Assembly (NCBI GenBank): GCA_024346625.1
Contig: AP024666.1
Span: forward strand, 1,922,001 to 1,986,000
Length of the DNA stretch: 64,000 nucleotides
Origin: Williopsis jadinii
Lineage: Eukaryota
Reading direction: 5' to 3'
Shown piece after piece: positions 53,669-64,000 of this stretch; position 1 is the first letter of the stretch; the number at the start of each line of letters is the position of its first letter. A program made the position numbers and the translations under genes. The notes beneath the pieces were generated by a model. It was given only the letters and a program-made list of their open reading frames with translations, was not told where the DNA came from and did no database searches.

Positions 53669-56600
53669 TCACTCTTGATGAGTCTCTGTACACTTATAAA
53701 TGTTAATGTAAGGATCGTGCTGGTTATTTGCAGCCAACATCATACGATGTGGGTGTAATGCCAATGAACTGAGGAATGGTGTTCTGTTATTCAAACTCGA
53801 AGAGAACCCACTGGAGTTTTTGAAGCTTGAAACCAGATCACCACTCGTCGTCCATATCCTAACCATTCTCGAACCTGTTGCAATTACAGGTGCATGCTCA
53901 TGGACCTGGATACTCGTCATGGATTTTTCATGTCCTTTGAACGTCAAAACAGGCTCATCCATTCTGATGTCCCAAAGATTTATGGTGGAGTTTGTAGACC
54001 CACTCACAAGCTCACGGTACCCACCTCTTTGCATATGGATATTCGTAATCCAAGAGCGCTCGCCAAGTGCATTACGCCAAAGTTTGACCATCGAGTCTCT
54101 AGGGTCAACACGACGATCATAAACCCTGATGCTACCATCGCCAAACCCTGCAACAAAGATGTTTCCAGCAACTTGGTCAGAGGTTAAGGAAGTTATAGCG
54201 CTAGACGATCTTGCTGGGATGTCAACGAGGCACATTTCACGAGGTGCGTCCCAGATTCTAATGATCTTGACATCACCAGTAGCCAATAAACTTCCTCTAC
54301 TCTGTTGCCACTCCATCAGGAGTCCTGTTGATCTAGGCGTTAACAACAAATCAGTCAATGCTCTCCACGATGTTACAAGTGAAACATCAGTATTTGAATG
54401 GAAGTCCTTATAAAGCTTCACAATACCATCAGAGGACCCTGTAAATAACAAGGGTAAATCATCCTCATTGATCAACTTTAAGTCTGTTATCTTCGTTCCA
54501 AATGGATTGCCATTGTTGAACCTGGAAAGTTGCTTAGATTCTTCCCAGTCAAAAGTCGTCACTTGGTCACGATCATCAGAAGTTACCACATAATTTTCAA
54601 ATTGTGCAAATTTGATCAACTTAGGTTGAGTCTTGTTATTTAACACTGCAATATTTGTCTTCCAATCACCACGAAGGGAGAGATTTTTCTGTGGCTGAGT
54701 CTCGTTGATAATTCCCTCGTTCCTATTCCGCCTCCAAATACGACGCGTATACTCCAAAGAACCAGGTTCGTCGACTTCATGTTTATGCATCTGAGGTTCT
54801 TGAAAATATTCAACACTATACTCAAAGAAATTGGAAATCAAGGGTAAAGTCAACTCTTCATTTTGTGACTCCTTTGCATCGAATCTTGCTGTCCTTGGAT
54901 GTAGTGTGGAATCATCGTTGAAAAACACATTTGACATTGAAGACTTTGATGGATCGGCTGAATTCGAACTATCATTGTTTGAAGACCAACCAAACGGCCT
55001 GAGAATGTTCGATAACGACAATGTTCTTCTCAATAAAGAAAATCCAGAGGTGGAATTTTCCTGTGCTTTGTTATCCTTATCACCCACAGTGACAGATCTT
55101 TGTTGTGTGCCATTAATCTTGAAAGGTTTTGGTAACGGTTGAGTAATAGAGCTCACAACAGTTGACGAGGCCGAACTTTGGATCATCAGATCTTCCATTT
55201 CAGATACAACATCCCCCAAATCAGATTCTCTCAGTTTTATCAAGATGTAGTCAATGATATTTTCGGCATATCTCTGAACCTGGGTGTATCCGTCACACGA
55301 AAACAACATCAATGCCTTAAAAATGATATGGTATATTGAGCCATATCCGATTGATTGTTTGTTCTCAATTGAGATATTAGCGACAGTGGAGATCTCGATC
55401 TGTAGTTCGTTAAATGCCAACACGATGAAATTGTTTATATGCCTCTTGACAATTTTCGAAAGGCAAATGACAATCTCCTTTCTAACCACTGGACTTGCAT
55501 CGTTAGCGAGTGAGAGAACAGTCATGATAACGTTTGTTTCCTCTTTCATCTCTTCATCCTCTTCTTGATCTGGCAGGAAGGCCATTAATGCTAAGATGAC
55601 AGATGCTCTGACTTCTGGAATTGGATCGTTAACTTGCTTGTATAGCCTATCTAACAATCCCTCCTTTTGGCATATCCATTTGGCCTCATGGTTTCCCTCC
55701 CATAGTTGTGATATTAACAAAGCACACCATTGACGTAATAATGGATTATCGGAAGTTTCAACGTACTGTAAAAGCCTATCAACAAGGTCTGGACTGAAGC
55801 ACAATTTCTGTCCATTTTTGAACCCCTTGACAAATAGACTCAATATTAGCGCGCACAGCGCTTTGTGATCGTTGTTGATATTATTTGTTGGATCCTTCGG
55901 GTTGAGCATCTGTAGGAAATAATTGAACCCTTTATCCTTGATCAATTCTTGTTGTGTATTTTTGTAATCAACAGCCATTATACGTGCCCAGATAAACACC
56001 AAGACCGGTTTCAGATCAGGGGCAGGACTTTGCAATAACTTTAAAACATAGGGAAAGATCCCTATAGAGAGTGCCAAATAAACGGCCCAAGGACCTAAAT
56101 CTAAGAACTGCGACAAAAGCACAAGTGCCCTTACACGGTGTACTTGTGACAGTAGTACCTGAAGTACTATTGGTAATTGTTCTGGTGGCTGTCTTGATGA
56201 AGATCCAAACTTCAACCAAAGTTCAAAAGCTGTTAGTTGTTGTTCGAAGAACGTTGAATGCTGATAATTTTGCAAATTTTGATCATTTGTGAAATTTGAT
56301 GTCCCATTACTTGATTGATTTGAGTGAGAGTTTGAAAATGAACTCCCATTGGTGGTTGGAGGTGAAACCATTGGGGACTGAATTACTTGCCCCAACGGTG
56401 AACTTGATTCATTAACGTTTTTCAAGATCTGCGTGAGTACTTGGTCTATGGCCAAGTCCCAAGATTCCCACATAGAATGGAACTGGGTATCTGGTAGAGG
56501 TGGATCTGAGATTGGATGACAGCCATAAGTAGGCATAATCCTCGTAGCCAATAGGAAATTTCTGAAAAGTGCAGCAACCATTAAATCTTGCCTGAATAAT

Positions 56601-57694
56601 CTCTTGAATAGAGGTCTTGGTAAAGAAGTCCACGCAATGGTATCGGTGATTGCTGTGAAGATCCAATTCAATTCTCCCAATGGGGTACGGCGGTCTGTCA
56701 GTTTACCCGGGATAATAATGTTACCGTTAGGGTTATTCTTTGCCATTTCCAACAGCGGACCGAAATAGCTTCTCTTAATCGGGGATTGCATGATAAACCA
56801 CTTGATACTTATATCTATAGGACATGTAAGACACGAAGTGAACAAGTCTGCTGGTAGTTCTGGATCCATGGGCAATAACTCATTTGACCTACATGCAGCC
56901 AATTGGATACAGTCGATGTATGCCGTTGCAGGAGATGGAGATTGCTGGTCGTGGTTGCCCTCGTTATCATCGTCAATTCTCTTCTGTACAAACTTGTTGA
57001 AGTTTGTCACGATGTTCCCAGCGCTGTTGCAATCCCAGACGAAGATACATGGCGCACCCAGCCATGTCTGTAAATCATATAGCGATATTGGGATGTACTG
57101 CGTGTAGTTCCTGTTAAAGACCCAAATCTCACCGCTCTGTGTTGGCTGAGGAACACCATGGCCGTTGTAGTGGAAGAGTATACGTTCATCCCTTGCGTTT
57201 CTCCTCAGCGAGTTACAGAACCTCTTTACATCCTCAACACAAGGGTCAAGCGACTGCTTATAACGAGTCTTCAACGAGAGCGTCTCGTACTGGCTCTGCA
57301 AGTTCTTCCCTATAGCCTCGATGGCTTTCTTCGTGTCATTGAACGTCACAGGGTCGATCCACGCCTCGGTCTTTGCACACGGATGGGTCTTTACCACATC
57401 TGGCGGGTCAACACCAATGTTGAGACAGAGGACAATAGCAGCGCTAACGGTCTTCTGGCGGTCTTTCATAACTTTCCAGTCAGCTATAGGCTGGTAATAG
57501 TCTCTGTTGGCAGCCTTCTCATCATCTGTCAGCGCATTGCCGGCAGTGTGGTGCCTCTTATCATCAAAGTACAGGAAGAAGTTATTGGCCAGGAACTCCA
57601 TGTACTGCTGGTCCATTTCAAACCCATGGCGTACATCGCTGTTGAGCGGCCTTAGAGCTTCATGAGCTGGCTGTTCGGCAGCAGGGATTGGCAT
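53669..57694 (-). CDS. KOG1: TORC1 subunit Raptor/Kog1
   Basis: RNC domain (CLNIGVDPPD, HYNGHGVP), LPIVLQVLLSQVHR, HEAT repeats, C-terminal WD40. Confidence 0.97.
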   Translation of the reverse strand: MPIPAAEQPAHEALRPLNSDVRHGFEMDQQYMEFLANNFFLYFDDKRHHTAGNALTDDEKAANRDYYQPIADWKVMKDRQKTVSAAIVLCLNIGVDPPDVVKTHPCAKTEAWIDPVTFNDTKKAIEAIGKNLQSQYETLSLKTRYKQSLDPCVEDVKRFCNSLRRNARDERILFHYNGHGVPQPTQSGEIWVFNRNYTQYIPISLYDLQTWLGAPCIFVWDCNSAGNIVTNFNKFVQKRIDDDNEGNHDQQSPSPATAYIDCIQLAACRSNELLPMDPELPADLFTSCLTCPIDISIKWFIMQSPIKRSYFGPLLEMAKNNPNGNIIIPGKLTDRRTPLGELNWIFTAITDTIAWTSLPRPLFKRLFRQDLMVAALFRNFLLATRIMPTYGCHPISDPPLPDTQFHSMWESWDLAIDQVLTQILKNVNESSSPLGQVIQSPMVSPPTTNGSSFSNSHSNQSSNGTSNFTNDQNLQNYQHSTFFEQQLTAFELWLKFGSSSRQPPEQLPIVLQVLLSQVHRVRALVLLSQFLDLGPWAVYLALSIGIFPYVLKLLQSPAPDLKPVLVFIWARIMAVDYKNTQQELIKDKGFNYFLQMLNPKDPTNNINNDHKALCALILSLFVKGFKNGQKLCFSPDLVDRLLQYVETSDNPLLRQWCALLISQLWEGNHEAKWICQKEGLLDRLYKQVNDPIPEVRASVILALMAFLPDQEEDEEMKEETNVIMTVLSLANDASPVVRKEIVICLSKIVKRHINNFIVLAFNELQIEISTVANISIENKQSIGYGSIYHIIFKALMLFSCDGYTQVQRYAENIIDYILIKLRESDLGDVVSEMEDLMIQSSASSTVVSSITQPLPKPFKINGTQQRSVTVGDKDNKAQENSTSGFSLLRRTLSLSNILRPFGWSSNNDSSNSADPSKSSMSNVFFNDDSTLHPRTARFDAKESQNEELTLPLISNFFEYSVEYFQEPQMHKHEVDEPGSLEYTRRIWRRNRNEGIINETQPQKNLSLRGDWKTNIAVLNNKTQPKLIKFAQFENYVVTSDDRDQVTTFDWEESKQLSRFNNGNPFGTKITDLKLINEDDLPLLFTGSSDGIVKLYKDFHSNTDVSLVTSWRALTDLLLTPRSTGLLMEWQQSRGSLLATGDVKIIRIWDAPREMCLVDIPARSSSAITSLTSDQVAGNIFVAGFGDGSIRVYDRRVDPRDSMVKLWRNALGERSWITNIHMQRGGYRELVSGSTNSTINLWDIRMDEPVLTFKGHEKSMTSIQVHEHAPVIATGSRMVRIWTTSGDLVSSFKNSSGFSSSLNNRTPFLSSLALHPHRMMLAANNQHDPYINIYKCTETHQE

Positions 57695-57837
57695 GGTGGC
57701 TAGGGCTCCTCTCTGCTGAGCCGCTGTCGATTTGTTTGTTTGTTTATGTCTGATTTGGTGAGTTGCCTGGGGGGAGGTTTATGGAGCGGTTTTGTGGTTG
57801 GTGATGTAAATAGCCGCCGGGGGTTTCCCAGTGTGAA

Positions 57838-57881
57838 CGTGGTGTCCAGGTGTATGTCCAGGTGTTTGGGTGTCCGGATGT
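57838..57881 (-). repeat. Degenerate 8-bp ACACCYRR array in the KOG1/GLO3 divergent promoter
   Basis: Minus strand reads ACATCCGG ACACCCAA ACACCTGG ACAT ACACCTGG ACACCACG. Confidence 0.7.
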
Positions 57882-58057
57882 GGATTAGTTTTTCACCCGT
57901 TCTTCCTCTCTTTTCGCGGCTACATCGTCTGCTTGATTTAATGACTTGTTGTCACAACAAACACACAAGCACATCAACAAGCCGTAAACAAACAGCGCGC
58001 GTGTGTGTGTCAAGCCATTTTGCTCTTGTTCATTGATCTGGAAACCACTGTTTGAAT

Positions 58058-59431
58058 ATGACGGATTACGCCACCACTGAAGAGAGAGATGCTGTCTTCA
58101 AGTACCTCTCCAAGGAGCCTGCCAACAAGATTTGCTTTGACTGTGAGGCTAAGAACCCGACGTGGACGTCGATCCCCTTTGGAGTGTTGCTCTGCTTGGA
58201 GTGTTCTGCTGTTCACAGAAACATGGGTGTGCATGTGACGTTTGTCAAGTCCTCGAACTTAGACAAGTGGGGCCAACACCAGCTGCGTCGTTTCAAGCTT
58301 GGAGGTAACCAGAAGGCCAAAGAGTACTTTTTGAAGAATGGTGGTTCTAGATACTTGGGACCAAAAGTCGAGGCCAAGCTGAAGTACACCTCGAAAGTTG
58401 CAGAGAAGTATAAGCAGCATTTGGACGATAAGGTTGCTAAGGATGAAGTCATGTTCCCTAACTCTGTAAATTTGGAACAGATTGACAATTCTTCAAGCTC
58501 ATCGTTGGCTGCTGAGAGTAACAATGATAGTGGAGATGATTTCTTTGCCAACTGGGAAAAGAAACCACTTGTTGCGTCTCCTTCGCCTTCGTCATCCAGA
58601 CCAATGACTCCATTACAGAACAATGCATCTACCGCTTCGTTGTCTTCACAGACCGGTGGTAGCGGTGGTGTTCTGTCGGGTCCAAAGAAGACCATCTTGA
58701 GAAAGACCACCACCACTGGTAAGAAGACCAGCATCCTCTCAGGACCAAGAAAGTCCAAGGTCACTGCAAAGAAAATCACCGCTGACGTTGATTTCGACGC
58801 TGCCGAGAGAGAGGCCAAGAAGGAAGCTGAACAGACTGCTAAATTGGGCTACAATCCAAACAAGGAACACGAGGAAGCACAGGACTCGTTCTTTACCAAC
58901 AAGTCCACAACCATAACCAGTGAACCTTCAAGTGCCAATACGTTTGGAGCCGGTTCTAGAAAGACTTCTGTCTCTTCATCTGCTTCCAAACCAATCGAGA
59001 AAACCACACAGTCATTTGCCAAATTGGGCTTTGGTATGACTGCTAACGATGCTGCAGAGCAAGAGAAGAGACAGAAGGCTGCAGCACAGCCAAAATACAC
59101 CGGTGAAGTTGAGAACAAGTTTGGTAAGCAAAAGGCCATCTCCTCAGATATGTTCTTTGGAAGAAACAACTACGACAGTGCAGCACAACAAGAGGCCCAC
59201 GAAAAGTTACAATCCTTTGGTAACACAAACGCAATCTCCTCAGCTTCCTATTTCGGTGAGGATCAAGACCAATCGTCCCAGCAAGGTGGTGCTGGCGCTG
59301 GCGTGGGTGTTGGTGCAGGAACCGGTAATCCATACATCAACACCACAAACGACGACTTTGCCGTCATCAAAGACGCCATTGAACAAGGTGCCAATAAGCT
59401 TGGAGGATACCTACGTGATTACCTCCGTTGA
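58058..59431 (+). CDS. GLO3: ArfGAP Glo3
   Basis: CFDC...CLECSAVHR zinc finger; KLGFG and two ISS..F Glo3 motifs; first ATG at 58058. Confidence 0.95.
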   Translation: MTDYATTEERDAVFKYLSKEPANKICFDCEAKNPTWTSIPFGVLLCLECSAVHRNMGVHVTFVKSSNLDKWGQHQLRRFKLGGNQKAKEYFLKNGGSRYLGPKVEAKLKYTSKVAEKYKQHLDDKVAKDEVMFPNSVNLEQIDNSSSSSLAAESNNDSGDDFFANWEKKPLVASPSPSSSRPMTPLQNNASTASLSSQTGGSGGVLSGPKKTILRKTTTTGKKTSILSGPRKSKVTAKKITADVDFDAAEREAKKEAEQTAKLGYNPNKEHEEAQDSFFTNKSTTITSEPSSANTFGAGSRKTSVSSSASKPIEKTTQSFAKLGFGMTANDAAEQEKRQKAAAQPKYTGEVENKFGKQKAISSDMFFGRNNYDSAAQQEAHEKLQSFGNTNAISSASYFGEDQDQSSQQGGAGAGVGVGAGTGNPYINTTNDDFAVIKDAIEQGANKLGGYLRDYLR

Positions 59432-60045
59432 GAGCTGTTTTTTAACCAATTATACAACGTTACTACCTACACACTGAATAAATTGAACAAGTCTATCCAA
59501 GGTTCTCCATGAAAAAAAAACAAAATGTAGACAAAAGAATTGAAGAGGAGCGCGTCTCTATGGTTAGCCCTTTGATGTTTTCTGCTTATGTAATGTCCGC
59601 GGTTTGAGGCACACAGGCAAAGGGTTTTTTGGTCGATATACGCTTCTGTTGTATTTTTCCCGTTTTGGTATTTCGGCTTTTTTTCTCTCTCTTTTCGTTT
59701 TGTGGACAGACCTTAAAGTCAGAATTGCACAAAAAGGGGACAAATCTCTTATTCAACGTTAACAGCCGGTCAAGACCACTTTCGTTAAAGTTCTGACCAA
59801 GAGACATTACGTGAACTGATCGCTTCTTGACATTAAAGACACGGCATTGAAGAAACGACATTACGTTAGGGGAAAGCAGACATTAACAGCAAAGATCACG
59901 ACAACCGCAACAGAAAGATAAAAAAAGATAGTCACGTACGTCGTCATTTAGACACAAGGGCAAATCCACTAGTTCTCTCCGCCTCCACCAACTAAACTTG
60001 TACAGAAACGCCATCACGCTCATCGAAAGGACAACTCGCTGCCAA

Positions 60046-61248
60046 ATGCCAACATCACAACGTCAGGTACAAGATGAAAACGTCGTTACTCGACGCGTTA
60101 AGGTGAACGATGCCACCTCCACGGGTGCCAGCGGTGTTGCTAACGGTGCTGGCAACGGTGCTGGCAACGGGCTGAGAAGACCAGCGTTGTCGAACGTGAC
60201 GAATACCTCCACTGTCCAAGTGCAGACTTCTTCCCAAACACGTGGAGTGAAGAGAAGAGCACGCGCTGGTGAAGAGGAAGACGAAGCTGAGGCAGAAGGT
60301 AATGGAGCTGGTGATGTTGCAAATGATAATCACAAAAGGGTAAAAACGGCCCATGAAGCTGCTGCTGAAGTTGCTGAGGCTGCTGAAGCCGTTGCAGATA
60401 ATGAACCAAGCGGTGTGGCACGTGACCTCGATTCAGAAGACTCAGACGACCCACTAATGGTTAACGAATACGTTGTTGAGATCTTTGAATACTTGAGAGA
60501 ACTGGAAATCACCACTACTCCAAGAAACTACTTGGAGAATAACGACAATTTAAAGCCAAGAATGAGATCCATATTGGTTGACTGGCTAGTGGAAGTACAT
60601 CTCAGGTTTAGATTGACACCAGAGACTCTATTTCTCGCTATAAACACCATGGATCGGTTCTTATCATTGCAGACTGTTGAGGTGGAAAAATTGCAGCTGT
60701 TAGCAACTGGTTGCTTGTTCATCGCTGCCAAATATGAAGAGGTCTGGAGTCCAAGCGTTAAAAACTATGCATATGTCACTGATGGTGGATCCACAGAGGA
60801 GGAGATCCTCTCTGCCGAGAGATTCATCCTAAAGACTTTGAACTTTGATTTGAGTTACCCGAATCCTATGAATTTTCTCCGTCGTATCTCTAAAGCTGAT
60901 GACTATGACATTGAAACAAGAACAATGGGGAAATACCTATTGGAAATCACCATCATGGATCATAAATTCTTGGGCGTAAAGCCTTCATTATGTGCTGCAT
61001 CCGCAATGTATCTATCGAGGAAACTTTTACAAAGAAGTGAATGGGACGTAACGTTGAAGAAATATTCTGGGGACTATACTTTGGAAGAGATGAGACCAGT
61101 TGTAAATATGATTGTCGATTACGTTCGAGCTCCAGTGACGCATGACGAATTCTTTAAAAAGTACGCTTCAAAGAAGTATATGAAGTCAAGCATCCTCGCG
61201 AGACAATTGACAAAGAAATTTGATCTACAGGGAATAACGTGGATATGA
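60046..61248 (+). CDS. B-type cyclin (ancestral/Clb5-like cyclin box)
   Basis: First ATG at 60046; D-box RPALSNVTN; MRSILVDWL, LQLLAT, IAAKYEE, YAYVTDG. Confidence 0.9.
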   Translation: MPTSQRQVQDENVVTRRVKVNDATSTGASGVANGAGNGAGNGLRRPALSNVTNTSTVQVQTSSQTRGVKRRARAGEEEDEAEAEGNGAGDVANDNHKRVKTAHEAAAEVAEAAEAVADNEPSGVARDLDSEDSDDPLMVNEYVVEIFEYLRELEITTTPRNYLENNDNLKPRMRSILVDWLVEVHLRFRLTPETLFLAINTMDRFLSLQTVEVEKLQLLATGCLFIAAKYEEVWSPSVKNYAYVTDGGSTEEEILSAERFILKTLNFDLSYPNPMNFLRRISKADDYDIETRTMGKYLLEITIMDHKFLGVKPSLCAASAMYLSRKLLQRSEWDVTLKKYSGDYTLEEMRPVVNMIVDYVRAPVTHDEFFKKYASKKYMKSSILARQLTKKFDLQGITWI

Positions 61249-61379
61249 TTTCACCTTTCGATGTCCCATTTATCTAATGAAATTCATAATTTTTATGATA
61301 CCCCCTCCTCCTTTTCTCCATACAAAATACAAGATGATGACTTACAAAGAATGTAAATGGGACCATTTGGTTCACTACT

Positions 61380-61741
61380 TTGAGATAATAACCTTTAACA
61401 GTCTTGACATCTGTATCAACTGCACTAACTACATGGGCTTATCTATGGGGCTCCACTGACTCCTCCCATTTCACACCCTCAAGGTAGACACCTATCCAGA
61501 TAGCCATGATGCTGTCATCGCTGCATCTGCTATCTAATACATCTCTGGTACCGGCACCAAAGGAGCCACCACTATAACCTCCGTTGGTCAACCAACCACT
61601 GCTGTGACAGCCCCTATGGCTCGCTGCTCTACTGCAGATGACTCTTCTTCCACTAGTGCTTCCTCTTCTTCCAGTGCAGGTGCCGTTAAAGTAGGCTTCG
61701 GTGCTGATTCGATGGCTGTTTCTGCTCCCTTGATATTGTAA
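61380..61741 (+). pseudogene. Decayed GPI-anchored Ser/Thr-rich cell-wall protein fragment (Tir/Tip-like C-terminus); 5' limit approximate
   Basis: One frame reads ...DAVIAASAI*YISGTGTKGATTITSVGQPTTAVTAP...DDSSSTSASSSSSAGAVKVGFGADSMAVSAPLIL*, with an internal TAA at 61535 and no intact signal peptide. Confidence 0.5.
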
Positions 61742-62643
61742 ACGTGGCCAAAGAAGGAGTCTTATGATTATTGTACCCTTCTAAGTCCTTTATACTAGTA
61801 GGTTGATACATGAAACTTCTTTTCAATATCAATTGATTAATATAAAAGCGGAACAAGTCGTGGTGACATGTTGAATAAAGTTTCGTGTCCTGCGGCAACG
61901 CGCATTGATAACATCTGAACACCAACTAGATACCAATGGTTCTTGAATAGACCATTTTAATTTAGTGAGAGGTTTATCACAAGTTGGAGTTGTTTGGTAT
62001 TTGCGTTGGAAATCTCCCGAGTGTTCCTATGTTGTTGAGCTTGAACAAAGTCGGGTAGTTGGCCAATCAGCTGTGGTGTTATATATGGCGTCCTAATAGT
62101 CGAAGGTTAAGCAAATCTCACGAACGATTTTTGCTATCAAGGGCTCGATCAAGTGTTTGTGTAGAGAGGTCAATCAATTCTGATAGTGGCACCTAAGGTC
62201 GTTACCAAAGAAGTGAGGTGTGTGCTTGTTACACTCTGCAATCTCTTCCACATGCAAAGATAACCATAAAAAAGATCTTATCACCAATTGACCCGACAAT
62301 AAGCTCATCTTTTGAATAGGTCCGTAAACACTCCCAGATCAACTGGCAGACAGTGTGGCATTTGAAATGAAATGCTCATTATCACACTGAGAGCGTTAAC
62401 TCTCGTGATAAACAACCTGCCTGAAGTTTTTTCACCCTCTACAGAGCCAAGTAGGAGAATTCTAAACAACCAATTCCATTTCCACAGCAACCAAGACAAA
62501 GTTTCTCTCGCTTCCAAGATAGACCCACTAAAATACACACAGCTGACAAAGCTGAGCTTTAACCAAAAGAGACAAAAAGAAAGCAAGAAATGTAAATAGA
62601 AAGAGCCACCCAGACGTATATTTATGGTTGGCGCAACACATTA

Positions 62644-62702
62644 TTTCCCGATTTGGACGGATGTATACAAAACTTGTGTTTATGTTTTACCCTTTTCGGA
62701 AA
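62644..62702. promoter_or_regulatory. Mcm1-Forkhead (CLB2-cluster) elements
   Basis: CCCGATTTGG at 62647-62656; TTACCCTTTTCGGAAA at 62687-62702 with adjacent TGTTTAT (reverse ATAAACA) at 62677-62683. Confidence 0.65.
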
Positions 62703-62952
62703 TTTAATTAACAACGATCAACCATCGAAGGAAGGGAAAAAAAATACAAACCGCAGGCAGTTTCAGAATGTGTGTTTGAAAGGAGTGGAGTTTTGTATCG
62801 AGCTTTCCTTTCTTTCCATCAATTGACTCCATTCAAGGTCCCAAACACTCTGTCTCGGTCACTTCCAACCACCTCCGAACAGAAGAGAGGCTTCCACACT
62901 CGCTACTTAATACCCAATCCACATATACCCCATTGACGAGAAAGAGAGTAAT

Positions 62953-64000
62953 ATGAATATCTTCAGATCACAGCAGCAGAGCCAGACACGAGCACAGGAT
63001 GAGAATAACAATATCAAACAAAAGGACGTTAAGAAGTCTCAGATCCCAGTGCGTCGTCCAGCACTGAGTAATGTCACCAATACAACCACAGGTGTTTCTT
63101 CGAAGCTATACCATCCGGTGTCAAGTGCATCGACAGCAAATACTCATACATCTACAACTACAACATTAGTGTCCTCTGATGCTGTCATAAAGGATAGTGG
63201 GATCAAGAGACCTGCGTCACAAGAAGACGTTTTACAGCACAAGAGAACGAAAACCATGGAATACGAGTACGAAGATCTTGACGCTGATGATTGGAACGAC
63301 CCAAACATGGTTAGTGAGTACGTTGTTGAGATCTTTGAATATTTGGCCAAACTCGAGATCAAGACCTTGCCCTTGGCAACTTATATGGAGAAGCAGATCC
63401 ACTTGACTGATTATATGCGTGATGAACTGTGTGATTGGCTCAATGCTGTGCATTTGAAATTCAGACTCTTACCTGAGACTTTCTTCATCGCCATAAACAT
63501 CATAGATAGATTTCTTTCGCGTGAGGTGGTGCTACCACAGGCACTACAACTTGTTGGTACGGCAGCTCTTTTCATTGCCTCCAAATACGAGGAGATTTAC
63601 TCACCAAGTGTTAACCACTTTGCCCATGAAAGTGGATGTGTTGTTGAAGATATCTTGAATGCTGAGAAGTACATCCTGGAAGTGCTGGAATTCGATCTAA
63701 GTTATCCAAACCCAATGAACTTCATCAGAAGAATCTCGAAAGCCGATGATTACGACGTCAACACCCGTAACATTGCAAAGTATTTCATTGAAATCTCTGT
63801 TATGGATGTGGAATTCATCGGTGTCAGACCTTCTCTATCTGCTGCTGCTGCGATGTACTTGAGCCGTAGGCTCTTTGGAAAAGATGAGTGGAATGGTAAC
63901 TTGATCTACTACTCTGGAGGTATCACAGAAAGCGAGCTGATGCCGGTGGCTCATCAGTACTTGAAGTACTTGGTGCAGCCTGTTCAACATGAATCCTTCT
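62953..64000 (+). CDS. CLB2: B-type mitotic cyclin, Clb2-like; 3' end runs off the window
   Basis: Not in the ORF track because it has no stop. Manual translation gives MNIFRSQ...RPALSNVTN...EYEYEDLDADDWNDPNMVSEYV...MRDELCDWL...LQLVGTAALFIASKYEEIYSPSVNHFAHE...YPNPMNFIRRISKADDY...WNGNLIYYSGG. Confidence 0.85.
   Translation, partial: MNIFRSQQQSQTRAQDENNNIKQKDVKKSQIPVRRPALSNVTNTTTGVSSKLYHPVSSASTANTHTSTTTTLVSSDAVIKDSGIKRPASQEDVLQHKRTKTMEYEYEDLDADDWNDPNMVSEYVVEIFEYLAKLEIKTLPLATYMEKQIHLTDYMRDELCDWLNAVHLKFRLLPETFFIAINIIDRFLSREVVLPQALQLVGTAALFIASKYEEIYSPSVNHFAHESGCVVEDILNAEKYILEVLEFDLSYPNPMNFIRRISKADDYDVNTRNIAKYFIEISVMDVEFIGVRPSLSAAAAMYLSRRLFGKDEWNGNLIYYSGGITESELMPVAHQYLKYLVQPVQHESF

Noticed and set aside
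58213..59169. Long antisense ORFs within GLO3 (and similar ones in BUR2, the PPR gene, the transposase and KOG1)
   Set aside because: Shadow frames of real genes arising from codon bias.
20604..61248. TTG/GTG-started N-terminal extensions in the ORF track for UGA4, KAR3, RRP15, MEP, the PalC-like gene, GLO3 and the first cyclin
   Set aside because: Each has a nearby in-frame ATG before the conserved sequence begins, unlike the 10406 case.
1..64000. CRISPR arrays, rRNA or prokaryotic systems
   Set aside because: Eukaryotic gene content with spliceosomal introns; no repeat-spacer arrays or rRNA-like sequence seen.

Overview
Eukaryotic, budding-yeast (Saccharomycotina) chromosomal DNA. The invertase and tRNA-Ile sequences resemble what I recall for Cyberlindnera jadinii (Candida utilis); this is not verified by a search. 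The window holds about 25 protein genes and one tRNA-Ile(AAT). In order they are: a partial SPR28-like septin, BUR2-like cyclin, a small Zn2Cys6 regulator between two gene deserts (about 7 and 5 kb), an F-box/RPEL protein, a CIA84-like PPR protein, UGA4, KAR3, RRP15, TAZ1, the tRNA, invertase, a Mutator-like (MULE) transposase, a convergent pair of Zn2Cys6 factors (YNA1/YNA2-like), MEP1/3, LOA1, a PalC/RIM23-like gene, SLO1, an ISC10-like gene, an intron-containing HRD1-like RING ligase, BNA4, a DUF2470 protein, LOC1, KOG1, GLO3 and two tandem B-type cyclins with a decayed GPI-protein fragment between them. The most notable observations are: (1) the Zn2Cys6 regulator at 10.4 kb appears to start at UUG inside a 600-nt ATG-free stretch; (2) the MULE transposase has an intact DDE triad but no visible TIRs, and sits in a non-syntenic ~15-kb island with invertase and the TF pair; (3) phased 8-bp telomere/Rap1-like arrays occur in four promoters; (4) there is a possibly sporulation-specific HRD1 paralog; (5) a head-to-tail CLB5-like/CLB2-like pair. 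All family assignments come from motif recognition only; no searches were run.
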